Positions 1 through 11,538 of a DNA stretch of 64,000 bases are shown piece by piece (positions within the stretch are counted from its first letter, which is position 1; every line of letters begins with the position of its first letter). The position numbers were made by a program, and so were the translations under genes. Source of the DNA: Bacteroidales bacterium UBA4116. Its GTDB lineage: Bacteria > Bacteroidota > Bacteroidia > Bacteroidales > Tannerellaceae. The stretch covers positions 176,795 through 240,794 of the forward strand of contig DFXE01000020.1 of NCBI GenBank assembly GCA_002381645.1, read 5' to 3'. The notes beneath the pieces are model-generated. The model ran no database searches, was not told where the DNA came from, and was given only the letters and a program-made list of their open reading frames with translations.

Positions 1-1
1 A

Positions 2-400
2 AAAGGCTTGTTTTTCTTCAGATAATCCCAACATATAAAAACCGTCGGCAGCGATATCATGCGTAGCTGAACTGAAAGCCATAAGCCAGAAAAATGCAAG
101 TGTCGACTGAAAAAAGAATCCGGTTGGTATAGTAAAAGCAATCCCCGCCATGCCTGCTCCTATCAACAACTGCATGCTGTAAATCCACCAGCGCTTGGTT
201 TTTATAAGATCGACAAAAGGACTCCATAACGGTTTAATTACCCATGGGAAATAAAGCCAGCTTGTATACAAGGCAATATCCGTATTGGAAACCTCAAGTT
301 TCTTATACATGATGACAGAGATCGTCATTACGGCAACATAAGGCAACCCTTCCGCAAAATAGAGGGAAGGTATCCATGACCACGGATTACGTGTCTTCAT
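2..400 (-). CDS. AmpG-like MFS transporter (partial, runs off the window's left edge)
   Basis: Manual translation MKTRNPWSWIPSLYFAEGLPY...KPLWSPFVD...SATHDIAADGFY matches AmpG-family motifs; its ATG overlaps the upstream stop (ATGA at 397-400); absent from the ORF track because truncated. Confidence 0.85.
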   Translation of the reverse strand, partial: MKTRNPWSWIPSLYFAEGLPYVAVMTISVIMYKKLEVSNTDIALYTSWLYFPWVIKPLWSPFVDLIKTKRWWIYSMQLLIGAGMAGIAFTIPTGFFFQSTLAFFWLMAFSSATHDIAADGFYMLGLSEEKQAF

Positions 401-1182
401 ATTTCTACGGTAAACTTATCAGCATCTTTCCAGGCAGGAAATTTAGTGCGTAAATCGTCAACTTCACTTTTCAGCAATGCGCATGTACGGGTGACTTCTT
501 CACGTCGGCCCGCATCCGTCAGTTTTTTCCCCCGGGGGGTAAAGATCATGGAATCACCCCTGTAAATAAAGCCTTTTCCATCTATACCGACACGATTTAC
601 GCCACACACATATGCCATATTTTCAATCGCACGAGCCTGCAATAAAGCCCTCCAGACTTTTTTACGTGTTTCCGGCCAATTTGCCATATAGATCAATAAA
701 TCATATGCATTGTTCTGGTTCCTGCTCCATACAGGAAACCGTAAATCATAACATATCTGAAGACAGACATTCCAGCCTTTGTAAGGTATTATCGTGAGTT
801 TATCCCCTGGGGTAAAATGTTTATCCTCATCTCCCATACTGAATAAATGGCGTTTATCGTAATAGTATTCACCGCCTTCGGGAATGATAAAAAAAGCGCG
901 GTTAAAATATTTACCGTCTTCTTTGACAATAAAACTTCCGGTAACAGCAATTTTAAATTTCTTAGCCCATTCCTTTATAACAGGTATGGTTTTACCATCC
1001 ATTGTATCGGCCAGCTTTTCCACATTCATTGAAAAACCGGTAGTAAATGTTTCAGGTAATACGGCCAGGTCCGTTTTCCCTTTTACACGACGAAGTAATT
1101 CACCATAGTACCCAAGATTTTCGTCTCTGTCCTCCCATATAATATGGGATTGGATCATACTGATACGTAGACTTTCAGCCAT
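397..1182 (-). CDS. Nitrilase-family amidohydrolase (YafV/omega-amidase-like)
   Basis: LPETFTTGF (Glu), YDKRHLF (Lys), ICYDLRFP (Cys) catalytic triad; ARAIEN. Confidence 0.9.
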   Translation of the reverse strand: MAESLRISMIQSHIIWEDRDENLGYYGELLRRVKGKTDLAVLPETFTTGFSMNVEKLADTMDGKTIPVIKEWAKKFKIAVTGSFIVKEDGKYFNRAFFIIPEGGEYYYDKRHLFSMGDEDKHFTPGDKLTIIPYKGWNVCLQICYDLRFPVWSRNQNNAYDLLIYMANWPETRKKVWRALLQARAIENMAYVCGVNRVGIDGKGFIYRGDSMIFTPRGKKLTDAGRREEVTRTCALLKSEVDDLRTKFPAWKDADKFTVEI

Positions 1183-1212
1183 AATTGTATTTTTTAAGGT
1201 TATATAATAAGA

Positions 1213-1758
1213 TTAAGTTTCAATAAAATTCGCCGGGTGCCGTGCCGTTACCCCCTGGTAATAACTCCGGATAGTGTTAATATCCGCATCCACATCACCC
1301 GTAGGATAAAAAAGGGTTTTTACCCCAACCTCTTTCTTTTTATAATCTATATAAGCCAGCAATATCGGAACATTTGCTTTCAAAGCTATATAATAAAAAC
1401 CTCTTTTCCATTCAGTAGCCATCTTCCTTGTTCCTTCAGGTGTGATAGCCAGGTGAAATGTATGCCGTTTATTAAACTCTTCTGCCATCTGGTCGGTTAC
1501 AGATTTATTCTTTTTTCGGTCTACAGGAATACCGCCCATCGATCCTAAAAGCAGGTTAAAAGGAAAAAAGAACCATTCTTTTTTGATCAGGAAAGACGCT
1601 TTACGCCCGATAGACACATAAAACAATTTCCCGATAACAAAATCCCAATTACTCGTATGAGGTGCCACACAAATAACACACTTAGGCACATTTTCACCAA
1701 TATCCCCTTTTTTCCATCCACTCACACGCAGCAACCAATTGCTCAGTGCTTTCTTCAT
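1213..1758 (-). CDS. PlsC-type glycerolipid acyltransferase
   Basis: PHTSNWD (HX4D) and TPEGTR motifs. Confidence 0.85.
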   Translation of the reverse strand: MKKALSNWLLRVSGWKKGDIGENVPKCVICVAPHTSNWDFVIGKLFYVSIGRKASFLIKKEWFFFPFNLLLGSMGGIPVDRKKNKSVTDQMAEEFNKRHTFHLAITPEGTRKMATEWKRGFYYIALKANVPILLAYIDYKKKEVGVKTLFYPTGDVDADINTIRSYYQGVTARHPANFIET

Positions 1759-2051
1759 GTTGTCTTTTCCTTGCGCAATTCCTCAATAGCGTCGACAATA
1801 GCATGCGCTTCGGTTTCCAGGTCTGCCACCAGTTTTTTATAGTACTCCCTGACCAGCTTTTTATTATCTTTTCCATCAGGATAATGTGCCCTGCGGATAA
1901 ATTCTTCCTGCATTTCAACAATACGGGAAAGCAAAGGATCAGTCTTTTCCGACTCTAATCCAGGAACCATCATTTTACATACTAAAACTTCTGTAAACAA
2001 ATCATCCGCTATATAACTTATACTTTTCTTAAGAATTCTCCTTTTTGCCAT
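1755..2051 (-). CDS. Hypothetical protein (98 aa, helical)
   Basis: Clean ORF with ATGA overlap to the downstream gene; first gene of the minus-strand operon. Confidence 0.75.
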   Translation of the reverse strand: MAKRRILKKSISYIADDLFTEVLVCKMMVPGLESEKTDPLLSRIVEMQEEFIRRAHYPDGKDNKKLVREYYKKLVADLETEAHAIVDAIEELRKEKTT

Positions 2052-2281
2052 AATTTATTGTTTAAACTTATTACAAAGCTAAGAAATTTTGCAAATATTC
2101 ATCTTATGCCTGTGTAAAATCAATCAGATTTATAGCCGAATTAACATGTTGTACAAACCGCTAAAATATAAAACGGATAATTAATTGTAACCATGTTTCT
2201 ACTAAACTCTTTAAAAAGTGTTACTCTGCTATTGAAGAACTGTTCTTTTTGTCGTTACATTTTAGTATTACAAACAGTTAT

Positions 2282-2381
2282 TTTTGATCGGCTCACCCAG
2301 GTGGTCCAGTCGTTTCACCTTGGTGGAAAGATCGTTTCACCCAGGTGATCCGATTGTTCCACCCGGGTGAGCCGGTCAAAA
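2282..2381. repeat. 100-bp imperfect palindrome made of 4 x 22-bp units with CAC-N4-GTG cores
   Basis: Cores CACCCAGGTG, CACCTTGGTG, CACCCAGGTG, CACCCGGGTG start at 2294, 2316, 2338, 2360; terminal inverted repeats match 21/23. Confidence 0.9.
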
Positions 2382-2546
2382 TCAGTCGTCTTTCATATTA
2401 AATTCCCTATTATTTAACATTAAAAAGACAAGACACTTTTATTAGTTCTATTTAATAGGCGGTAAAAGAACAACTATACTACCGGCAGTTAACATTAAAT
2501 TTTCAACAATACTTCCCGATTAACCATATAAATCCTTCAGGATGTT

Positions 2547-2554
2547 TATCTTTG
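2547..2554 (+). promoter_or_regulatory. Bacteroidetes primary-sigma -7 element
   Basis: TATCTTTG (TAnnTTTG) about 36 bp upstream of glycogen synthase. Confidence 0.6.
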
Positions 2555-2590
2555 TATCCATAAATCGCTAAATGACTTTATATTAATTGT

Positions 2591-4249
2591 ATGAATGAAA
2601 AGAAAGAGGGCCCTGATTTTATTTTTGAGAGTAGTTGGGAAGTATGCAACAAAGTTGGAGGTATTTATACCGTCCTTTCCACTAAAGCCCGTACACTAAC
2701 AGATACTTTTAACGACAACATAATTTTCATCGGCCCTGACATCTGGAGAAACAACCCTATATCTGATTTTAAAGAAGATAAAAATTTATTTCCAAACTGG
2801 AAGATACATGCCTCATCAAACGATAACTTGAAAATTAAAGTAGGGCGTTGGGATGTTCCGGGTACTCCTCCGGTTATATTAGTAGATTACAAACCTTTTT
2901 TTGATAAAAAGGATGCTTTCTACTTCAGTATGTGGGAAGAATTTAAAGTCGACTCCATGAATGCTTATGGTGATTACGACGATTCATGCATATTTGCTTA
3001 TGCTACCGGCAAAGTGATCGAAAGTTTTTATAATTTCCACAAATTACAGGATAAAAAGGTAATAGCCCTGTTTAATGAATGGATGTTGGGAATGGGAGCC
3101 TTGTACGTAAAACAAAATTTGCCTTCAATAGCTACTATTTTCACTACGCATGCAACATCCATCGGCCGTTCCATCGCCGGAAATGATAAGCCACTATATT
3201 CTTATCTTGATAACTATAACGGCGACCAGATGGCACGTGAGTTGAATATGGAAGCCAAACATTCGGTAGAGAAGCAAGCCGCACGTCATGTAGATTGTTT
3301 TACGACTGTAAGTGACATTACTGCCATAGAATGTGAACGGTTACTCGAAAAAGCACCTCATATAGTTACCCCCAATGGTTTCGAACGCGACTTCGTTCCG
3401 GAAGGAGAAGCATACATGAAAAAACGGGAGGATGCCCGCAATACATTAATCAATGTAGCCGAAAAATTGTTAGGCACTGATATCCATCCGAATGCGTTGT
3501 TAATATCGACCAGTGGAAGATACGAATATCGTAACAAAGGCATCGATGTATTCATTGAGGCTATAGATATGATCCGTAATACGGATGAACTGAATCGCGA
3601 TGTAATTGCTTTTATTATGGTTCCTGCCTGGGTACGTTATGCACGTGCCGATCTCAAGGCGGCTATTGAAGAAAATATTCCGGTTCATTCACCTATGCAA
3701 ATGCCGTTTTGCACCCACTGGTTGAATCACATGAAATATGATAAAATACTGTCTTATATCAATTTGAAAGGATTTACAAACGGACCTGGCGAAAAGATGA
3801 AAATCATTTTTGTCCCTTGTTATCTGGATGGTAACGACGGTATTTTTAATAAAAGCTATTACGATCTTTTAATTGGCATGGATGCAACCGTATACCCTTC
3901 CTATTATGAACCCTGGGGCTACACGCCTCTTGAAAGTATTGCTTTTGGCATCCCCACCATTACTACCAATCTGGCCGGTTTTGGGTTATGGGCACGCAAG
4001 GAAGGAGTAGGTGAAACAATCGACCAGGGCGTTCATGTAATCGACCGTACCGATTATAATTATTTTGACGTAGCAAAGTCTATTATGCAATCCATCCTTT
4101 CGTTAAGTAAAGAAAATAAAGCCGGCTTGAAAGCAATCCGCGACCGTTGTTACAATCTAGCATACCGGGCGGAGTGGGAGAAATTTATCAGATATTATAC
4201 ATATGCCTTCGATATTGCTTTACAAAACGCCCGGAAAAGAAAGTGTTAA
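2591..4249 (+). CDS. Glycogen/starch synthase, GT3 family
   Basis: SWEVCNKVGGIYTV, FTTHATSIGR, SGRYEYRNKG, PSYYEPWGYTPLE motifs; adjacent to glgP. Confidence 0.92.
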   Translation: MNEKKEGPDFIFESSWEVCNKVGGIYTVLSTKARTLTDTFNDNIIFIGPDIWRNNPISDFKEDKNLFPNWKIHASSNDNLKIKVGRWDVPGTPPVILVDYKPFFDKKDAFYFSMWEEFKVDSMNAYGDYDDSCIFAYATGKVIESFYNFHKLQDKKVIALFNEWMLGMGALYVKQNLPSIATIFTTHATSIGRSIAGNDKPLYSYLDNYNGDQMARELNMEAKHSVEKQAARHVDCFTTVSDITAIECERLLEKAPHIVTPNGFERDFVPEGEAYMKKREDARNTLINVAEKLLGTDIHPNALLISTSGRYEYRNKGIDVFIEAIDMIRNTDELNRDVIAFIMVPAWVRYARADLKAAIEENIPVHSPMQMPFCTHWLNHMKYDKILSYINLKGFTNGPGEKMKIIFVPCYLDGNDGIFNKSYYDLLIGMDATVYPSYYEPWGYTPLESIAFGIPTITTNLAGFGLWARKEGVGETIDQGVHVIDRTDYNYFDVAKSIMQSILSLSKENKAGLKAIRDRCYNLAYRAEWEKFIRYYTYAFDIALQNARKRKC

Positions 4250-4277
4250 AAAATGTCTGATATTCAGATGATAATTT

Positions 4278-4285
4278 TATCTTTG
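4278..4285 (+). promoter_or_regulatory. -7 promoter element upstream of glgP
   Basis: TATCTTTG. Confidence 0.5.
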
Positions 4286-4349
4286 TTTTCGGTTTTTAAA
4301 TATGGTATACAATTTTTGAAACTTCTTTGTAATATAAAAATTCACGATA

Positions 4350-6920
4350 ATGAAAATTAAAGCAAATAACGCAAACAACCCTATCTGGAAAGAAGTCTAT
4401 TCGCATTCGTCGCTACCTAAGGAACTGGAGCCGTTAGAAGAAATAGCTACGAACCTTTGGTGGGTATGGAATCATGAAGGAGCTAAATTATTTGGAAAAT
4501 TAGATAAAAAACTGTGGAAAACAACTGAAGGAAATCCTGTTCAGCTGCTCCAAAGTTTATCCGTTAAACGAATGGATGAAATAATAAAAGACGCTGACTT
4601 AATGGAAGAGATCCAAACGGTTTATGCCAAGTTTAAAGAATATATGAATGTCAAACCCGACGCAACCAAACCTTCTGTGGCTTATTTCAGCATGGAATAC
4701 GGGTTGACAAATGTGCTTAAAATATATTCAGGGGGATTAGGCGTTTTAGCCGGAGATTACCTTAAAGAAGCAAGCGACAGCAATATAGACCTTGTAGGCG
4801 TTGGTTTTCTTTATCGTTACGGCTATTTTACACAATCCTTGTCTATGGACGGGCAGCAGATTGCCAATTACGAAGCACAGAATTTCGGTGCGCTTCCTAT
4901 GACACAGGTCATGGATTCGAAGGGCGAGCCCATGGTATTGGAAGTTCCTTATCCGGGCCGAAACGTTTATGCCCATATCTGGAAAGTAAGTGTAGGCCGT
5001 ATTCCTCTTTACCTCATGGATACGGATATTCCTGAAAACAGTGAATGGGACCGTTCCATCACGCACCAATTATACGGAGGCGACTGGGAGAACCGCATGA
5101 AACAGGAATACCTTTTAGGTATCGGCGGTATCATGATGCTTAAAAAATTAGGTATTAAAAAACAAATATATCATTGTAATGAAGGCCATGCCGCATTGAT
5201 CAACGCACAACGGCTGGTAGATTATATCCAGGAAGACGGCCTTTCCTTTAATGAAGCATTGGAAGTAGTCCGCGCATCGGCTTTATATACGGTGCACACG
5301 CCTGTTCCGGCAGGACATGACTATTTTGAAGAAGGGCTGTTCGGACGTTATATGGGCGAATTCCCCGCTAAATTGGGAATCAGTTGGCAGGACTTTATCG
5401 ATATGGGGCGTGAAAACCCCGGAACAAACGAAAAATTCTCCATGAGCGTATTTGCTTTACACACCTGTCAGGAGGCAAACGGCGTTAGCTGGTTGCATGG
5501 CAAAGTATCGCAAAAAATGTTTGCTCCCGTATGGAAAGGATATTTCCCTGATGAGTTACATGTTAGCTGGGTTACCAATGGGGTCCATATGCCTACCTGG
5601 GCGGCAACCGAATGGAAAAAGTTCTATTCCAGTCATTTTGATAAAAGTTTCGAAACCGATCAATCCAACAAAAAGATATGGGAAGCTATTCAGGGTGTTC
5701 CCGATGAAGAAATCTGGAGTATCCGCAAAGCCCTTAAGGTAAAATTGATTGAATATATCAAAGCCCAGTTTAAAGATAATTGGTTGAAGAACCAGGGAGA
5801 TCCTTCCCAGGTGGTAACCATGCTCGATAAAATCAACCCGAATGCGCTTCTAATCGGATTCGGACGCCGTTTTGCCACATATAAACGAGCCCATCTGTTG
5901 TTTACAGATTTGGATCGTCTGGCAAAAATTGTAAACAATGAAAAATACCCCATCCAGTTTATATTTACCGGAAAGGCTCACCCTGCCGATGGCGGTGGAC
6001 AAGGTTTAATCAAACATATCGTTGAGATATCGCGCCGTCCTGAGTTTATGGGTAAAATATTTTTCCTTGAAAACTATGATATGCGTCTGGCCCGCCGATT
6101 AATTTCGGGTGTAGATGTATGGCTCAACACCCCTACCCGTCCGTTGGAAGCATCCGGAACATCAGGTGAAAAAGCAGAGATGAACGGCGTATTGAATTTT
6201 TCAGTATTAGACGGTTGGTGGTACGAAGGATATAAAGAAGGCGCAGGTTGGGCACTTACTGATAAGCGCACCTATGAAAACCAGCAATATCAGGACCAAC
6301 TGGATGCTGCTACCATATATCATATACTTGAAAATGAAATTATTCCCCTTTATTACGCAAAGAACAGTAAAGGTTTTTCACCCGAATGGATACAGTATAT
6401 TAAGAACTCGATGTCAGAAATAGCTCCCGATTATACCATGAAGCGGATGCTTGATGACTATGTCGAACGTTTCTACAATAAACTTGCTACCCGTTCGGCA
6501 TATTTAAAAGAGAATAATTTTGCAAAAGCTAAAGAAATAGTTTCATGGAAGGAAGAAGTCGCCGAACATTGGGACAGTTTCCAGGTCGAATCATTTACTA
6601 TTGATAAAGAATTCGGAATCAGTCTGCCGCTGGTAGGAAAAGATTATACGGTTAATCTCGTTATCGACCGTAAGGAATTAAAAGGCATGGTAGGTGTGGA
6701 CATGGTTATAACCAGAGACAATACTGATTCCACTGATTTGGAATTATGTGCCGTACATCCTTTTAAATTAATGAAAGAAGAAGGCTCAAAATTGTATTTT
6801 GAATTAAAAGCTTCTGCTCCGGAAGCTGGTTTCCATAAAATCGGATACCGGGTATATCCTGTGAACAAGGATCTTCCCCATCGAATGGACTTCGCCTATG
6901 TACGCTGGATTTCTATTTAA
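4350..6920 (+). CDS. glgP: Alpha-glucan (glycogen) phosphorylase, GT35
   Basis: [29 protein letters not shown] (PLP lysine). Confidence 0.95.
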   Translation: MKIKANNANNPIWKEVYSHSSLPKELEPLEEIATNLWWVWNHEGAKLFGKLDKKLWKTTEGNPVQLLQSLSVKRMDEIIKDADLMEEIQTVYAKFKEYMNVKPDATKPSVAYFSMEYGLTNVLKIYSGGLGVLAGDYLKEASDSNIDLVGVGFLYRYGYFTQSLSMDGQQIANYEAQNFGALPMTQVMDSKGEPMVLEVPYPGRNVYAHIWKVSVGRIPLYLMDTDIPENSEWDRSITHQLYGGDWENRMKQEYLLGIGGIMMLKKLGIKKQIYHCNEGHAALINAQRLVDYIQEDGLSFNEALEVVRASALYTVHTPVPAGHDYFEEGLFGRYMGEFPAKLGISWQDFIDMGRENPGTNEKFSMSVFALHTCQEANGVSWLHGKVSQKMFAPVWKGYFPDELHVSWVTNGVHMPTWAATEWKKFYSSHFDKSFETDQSNKKIWEAIQGVPDEEIWSIRKALKVKLIEYIKAQFKDNWLKNQGDPSQVVTMLDKINPNALLIGFGRRFATYKRAHLLFTDLDRLAKIVNNEKYPIQFIFTGKAHPADGGGQGLIKHIVEISRRPEFMGKIFFLENYDMRLARRLISGVDVWLNTPTRPLEASGTSGEKAEMNGVLNFSVLDGWWYEGYKEGAGWALTDKRTYENQQYQDQLDAATIYHILENEIIPLYYAKNSKGFSPEWIQYIKNSMSEIAPDYTMKRMLDDYVERFYNKLATRSAYLKENNFAKAKEIVSWKEEVAEHWDSFQVESFTIDKEFGISLPLVGKDYTVNLVIDRKELKGMVGVDMVITRDNTDSTDLELCAVHPFKLMKEEGSKLYFELKASAPEAGFHKIGYRVYPVNKDLPHRMDFAYVRWISI

Positions 6921-7386
6921 TATCCAGATCAAATGCTAAAGGAAGTAAAGAGGAGGCTTTGTCGATAAGATAGACCTCCTCTTTTCCGCATAATAAAACT
7001 TTCATCGAGTGTTTATATCTCTTTTCTGCTTCAATCATTACCTGCCGGCATGCACCGCATGGTGTTACCATATCCACTTGTCTGCCTTCAGTGGTTGCTG
7101 TTATGGCAATTGCCTCTATTTTCTGAGCAGGGAATTGTGATCCGGCATTAAACAAGACCACACGTTCCGCACATAATCCGGAAGGATAAGCCGCGTTTTC
7201 CTGATTATTACCCGTTAAAATGATTCCGTTCGATAATAAAACAGATGCTCCGACATGAAAATTGGAATAAGGAGCATAGGCGTTTTCTGTTGCCTGAGTG
7301 GCCGCTTCAACCAACTGCTTATATTCTCCCGGCAGCTCCTCTTTGTTAAATACCGAAACCGTACTTTCAATTGTTATTTTCTTCAT
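6913..7386 (-). CDS. cdd: Cytidine deaminase
   Basis: [16 protein letters not shown] and PCGACRQ zinc motifs. Confidence 0.95.
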   Translation of the reverse strand: MKKITIESTVSVFNKEELPGEYKQLVEAATQATENAYAPYSNFHVGASVLLSNGIILTGNNQENAAYPSGLCAERVVLFNAGSQFPAQKIEAIAITATTEGRQVDMVTPCGACRQVMIEAEKRYKHSMKVLLCGKEEVYLIDKASSLLPLAFDLDIK

Positions 7387-7428
7387 AAGAATAAGCTTTA
7401 AATTACAAATATATCATATTTAAAATAA

Positions 7429-7464
7429 AAGAAGGGATATCCGAACATTCGGATATCCCTTCTT
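7429..7464 (-). terminator. Intrinsic terminator of rplU-rpmA
   Basis: Perfect stem AAGAAGGGATATCCGAA/TTCGGATATCCCTTCTT followed by a T-run on the minus strand. Confidence 0.85.
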
Positions 7465-7490
7465 GCATAATGAGTTCCTTTTATAGCCTG

Positions 7491-7757
7491 TTAGGCTTTT
7501 GCTTCAATTTCTGTGATAGAAACAAAAGACCTGTTTTCTTTTCCTCTGCGGAAAGTAACAACACCATCAATCAACGCATATAATGTATGATCTTTACCGA
7601 TCCCTACATTTTTACCCGGATGATGGGTAGTACCTCTCTGGCGAACAATAATGTTGCCGGCTTTAGCTACTTCGCCTCCGAAAAGCTTAACTCCTAATCG
7701 TTTGCTATGTGATTCGCGTCCGTTCTTCGAACTACCAACACCTTTTTTATGTGCCAT
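7491..7757 (-). CDS. rpmA: 50S ribosomal protein L27
   Basis: [24 protein letters not shown]. Confidence 0.98.
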   Translation of the reverse strand: MAHKKGVGSSKNGRESHSKRLGVKLFGGEVAKAGNIIVRQRGTTHHPGKNVGIGKDHTLYALIDGVVTFRRGKENRSFVSITEIEAKA

Positions 7758-7778
7758 TTCTTTACTACTTTTTAAATG

Positions 7779-8096
7779 TTAAGCAACAATTTCTTTAATA
7801 CTAACTTCGGTAAACTGTTGACGGTGACCGTTCAATTTGCGATAACCTTTTCTTCTTTTCTTGTGAAAAATCAACACTTTATCACCTTTAACCAGCGGAG
7901 ATAGCACTTCACATACTACTTTTGCACCTTCAACGGTAGGAAGACCTACTGTTACCGTTCCGTCATTGTCAACTAACAATACCTTATCAAATTCAACCGT
8001 GGCGCCACTTTCTACATTCTGAATGTGGTGAACGAATAACTTTTTGCCTTGTTCAGCTTTGAATTGCTGTCCGTTAATTTCAACTATTACGTACAT
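7779..8096 (-). CDS. rplU: 50S ribosomal protein L21
   Basis: [13 protein letters not shown]...[15 protein letters not shown]. Confidence 0.98.
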   Translation of the reverse strand: MYVIVEINGQQFKAEQGKKLFVHHIQNVESGATVEFDKVLLVDNDGTVTVGLPTVEGAKVVCEVLSPLVKGDKVLIFHKKRRKGYRKLNGHRQQFTEVSIKEIVA

Positions 8097-8294
8097 CTGT
8101 CTTAATAATTAAACAGGTTATTTCCGGGGGTGGATATTTATTTTAAACATCACTTGTTTACCCTTAAAGAATCAGAGTGCAAAATTACTGTTTCTTTATT
8201 TTACATGCAAACTTTTTTATTACTATATTTACAGAAATAAGTAAACCGGCAATTAGCACGGAATAGATACTTAAATATTTAAAGATCAATAATT

Positions 8295-9152
8295 ATGAAC
8301 TATTACGAAGTGAATTTTTCTTATACTTCGCCCATTGACAATGAAATAGTGAACGATGTACTTGCGGGACAATTGGGGGAAATAGGATTTGAAAGTTTTA
8401 CAGAATCCGAAAACGGCTTAAATGCGTATATACCTGAAAACAAATATAACGAAGAATCGCTTCGGGATAAAATATCCGATTTTCCTTTAGAAGATACTGC
8501 GATTCATTTTTCCTCCGGCCTGATCACCGCTAAAGATTGGAATGAAGAGTGGGAAAAGAACTATTTCAAACCCATTGGTATCGGAAATGAATGTATTATC
8601 CATGCCTCTTTTCATGAAATAACATCCGATTATACCTACGATATTATTATCGATCCTAAAATGGCATTTGGCACAGGTAATCATGAAACGACTTTTTTAA
8701 TGATAAGTGAAATCCTGAAAACAGATTTAAAAGGAAAAAGTGTATTGGATATGGGATGCGGCACTGCAGTTTTAGCAATTCTTGCGGGTATGAAAGGAGC
8801 CGGTCCGGTTATTGCCGTTGATATTGATGAATGGGCATACAACAATGCTGTGGAAAATGTACGGTTAAATCATATGGAAAATATAAAAGTTTTGTTGGGT
8901 GGAGCCGAACAGATAGTGAATAACGGCAAATTCAATGTCATATTCGCAAACATTAACCGTAATATTTTGTTAGAAGACATAAAGTATTATGTTACAGGTA
9001 TGGAACCTGATGCTTTGTTATTCTTAAGTGGTTTTTACCATGACGACATTCCGGCTATTGAAGAAGAATGTAAAAAGAATGGTTTGTCTGTTCTTTCATG
9101 TACAGAAAAAAACCGTTGGGTAGCATTAAAAGCACAGTTAATACCAACATAA
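8295..9152 (+). CDS. prmA: Ribosomal protein L11 methyltransferase
   Basis: IDPKMAFGTGNHETT, VLDMGCGTAVL, ANINRN. Confidence 0.95.
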   Translation: MNYYEVNFSYTSPIDNEIVNDVLAGQLGEIGFESFTESENGLNAYIPENKYNEESLRDKISDFPLEDTAIHFSSGLITAKDWNEEWEKNYFKPIGIGNECIIHASFHEITSDYTYDIIIDPKMAFGTGNHETTFLMISEILKTDLKGKSVLDMGCGTAVLAILAGMKGAGPVIAVDIDEWAYNNAVENVRLNHMENIKVLLGGAEQIVNNGKFNVIFANINRNILLEDIKYYVTGMEPDALLFLSGFYHDDIPAIEEECKKNGLSVLSCTEKNRWVALKAQLIPT

Positions 9153-9236
9153 TTTAACAAGAAAACGGGATGATATGTTAAACTATCATTCCTGGTAAAA
9201 CGTTATAATAATATAAACCATTTAAAGTTTGAAGTT

Positions 9237-9467
9237 ATGAAAAATGAAGATTCAAAATTGTTATTAGGGTTAGTTGTAGGCGTGGTAGTTGGCGCTGCTG
9301 TTACCTATTTAGCTACTACAGAGAAAAGAGAACAATTAATGGAAGAATTTAACAACCTTGCCGATAAGATCAAAGACGGTTATCATCAGGCTGTTGCCAA
9401 GTATAAAGAAGGCAAAGCGGAAGTCGAACAAGGCGCCAAGGAAGTTAAAGACGCCATAACTGAATAA
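9237..9467 (+). CDS. YtxH-domain protein
   Basis: N-terminal GLVVGVVVGAAVTYL helix followed by coiled coil. Confidence 0.75.
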   Translation: MKNEDSKLLLGLVVGVVVGAAVTYLATTEKREQLMEEFNNLADKIKDGYHQAVAKYKEGKAEVEQGAKEVKDAITE

Positions 9468-9473
9468 AAGCAA

Positions 9474-9887
9474 ATGGAAAAAGATGCAGGACAAATATTC
9501 CGCGAATTAAAGGAAGATGTTACCAATTATGCGGAATCAAAATTTGAATTATTCAAATTAAGTGCATACGAAGGAGCCGGTAAAGTAGCCGGCCTCCTTA
9601 CGTATGGCTTGATATTGGTATTCCTTGCTTTATTTGCCTTATTATTTATCTTTCTTTCTATAGGTTTTTTTCTGGGTGAATTATTCAATTCAATGGGACT
9701 GGGATTTGCATGTGTAGCAGGTCTTTACCTGATACTTATACTCATCGCGGTATTAACAAAGAAAAGCATACAGGGAAAGGTAATCAATGAGATAATTGAA
9801 GCTTTAACCACTAATGATGACAATGATAATGGAACCGACAATGAAGAAAATTTATCCAACTCCTTTGGAGAAGTTACAATCCGATAA
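9474..9887 (+). CDS. YqjE-like membrane protein (usually annotated as phage holin family)
   Basis: Two TM helices after an amphipathic N-terminus; follows YtxH gene. Confidence 0.7.
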   Translation: MEKDAGQIFRELKEDVTNYAESKFELFKLSAYEGAGKVAGLLTYGLILVFLALFALLFIFLSIGFFLGELFNSMGLGFACVAGLYLILILIAVLTKKSIQGKVINEIIEALTTNDDNDNGTDNEENLSNSFGEVTIR

Positions 9888-10224
9888 ATTATACGCAAAA
9901 GTAAAAAGCCGTGCTGCCGCTCAAAGGCTGAATAATAACATTACATATATACAGAACAACACCGGAAGTATTTTACTTTCCAGTGCTCATTCGTTATTAT
10001 TTCCCGGAGCAAAAGAAAAAAAAGAAAAAGTCAATTCATTACTTCACCTGCCGGCCTTAACCAGAAGAGGACTTAGCATGTCCGACGTATTTTCACTCGG
10101 TAAATCACTACTCCCACACGCATGGACAATTGCCAAACCCATACTTTTTACGTGGGGAGTAGGTAGAACACGATCTATTTTATTGGGAAGACTTTTTGGG
10201 TGGAAGAAAAAGAAAAAGAAATAA
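9841..10224 (+). CDS. Hypothetical protein, third gene of the YtxH cluster
   Basis: ORF 9814..10224, likely start MKKIYPTP at 9841; poly-Lys C-terminus. Confidence 0.65.
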   Translation: MKKIYPTPLEKLQSDKLYAKVKSRAAAQRLNNNITYIQNNTGSILLSSAHSLLFPGAKEKKEKVNSLLHLPALTRRGLSMSDVFSLGKSLLPHAWTIAKPILFTWGVGRTRSILLGRLFGWKKKKKK

Positions 10225-10297
10225 TCTGCAATAATTAATTTATGTTAGAGGGCATGTTTTTTTAAGGTTTATACACTGACTTTAGAAAAAACATAAT

Positions 10298-10305
10298 TAC
10301 CTTTG
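10298..10305 (+). promoter_or_regulatory. -7 promoter element upstream of the small ORF and gap
   Basis: TACCTTTG. Confidence 0.65.
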
Positions 10306-10326
10306 CACAGTAAAAAATTAAACAAG

Positions 10327-10410
10327 ATGAAACATATATCAACAGCTTTAGCAACACTTTTACTAATGTTGATGTTTTTAGCCTCTTGCGCTACTCCTTG
10401 TGGATGCTGA
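10327..10410 (+). CDS. 27-aa putative micro-lipoprotein MKHISTALATLLLMLMFLASCATPCGC
   Basis: Basic N-terminus, hydrophobic core, lipobox LAS-C; A-rich start context just downstream of a -7 element. Confidence 0.6.
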   Translation: MKHISTALATLLLMLMFLASCATPCGC

Positions 10411-10414
10411 TTAG

Positions 10415-11467
<1,053 letters not shown>

Positions 11468-11487
11468 TTATTAATCCGATCAAATAT

Positions 11488-11522
11488 AAAAAGCCGTATC
11501 TATTCTGGGTACGGCTTTTTTA
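11488..11522 (+). terminator. Intrinsic terminator after gap
   Basis: AAAAAGCCGTA...TACGGCTTTTTT. Confidence 0.85.
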
Positions 11523-11538
11523 TTATTTTTGTTTTTAA

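Noticed and set aside
2352..2375. TGTTCCAC-CCGG-GTGAG as a canonical parS site
   Set aside because: Four extra central bases break the 16-bp parS consensus; kept only as a resemblance
2591..4249. Eukaryote-type GT3 glycogen synthase as a eukaryotic gene transfer
   Set aside because: GT3 next to glgP is the usual arrangement in Bacteroidales
9474..9887. Holin-like gene as evidence of a prophage
   Set aside because: No phage genes nearby; YtxH plus YqjE-like genes form an ordinary chromosomal cluster
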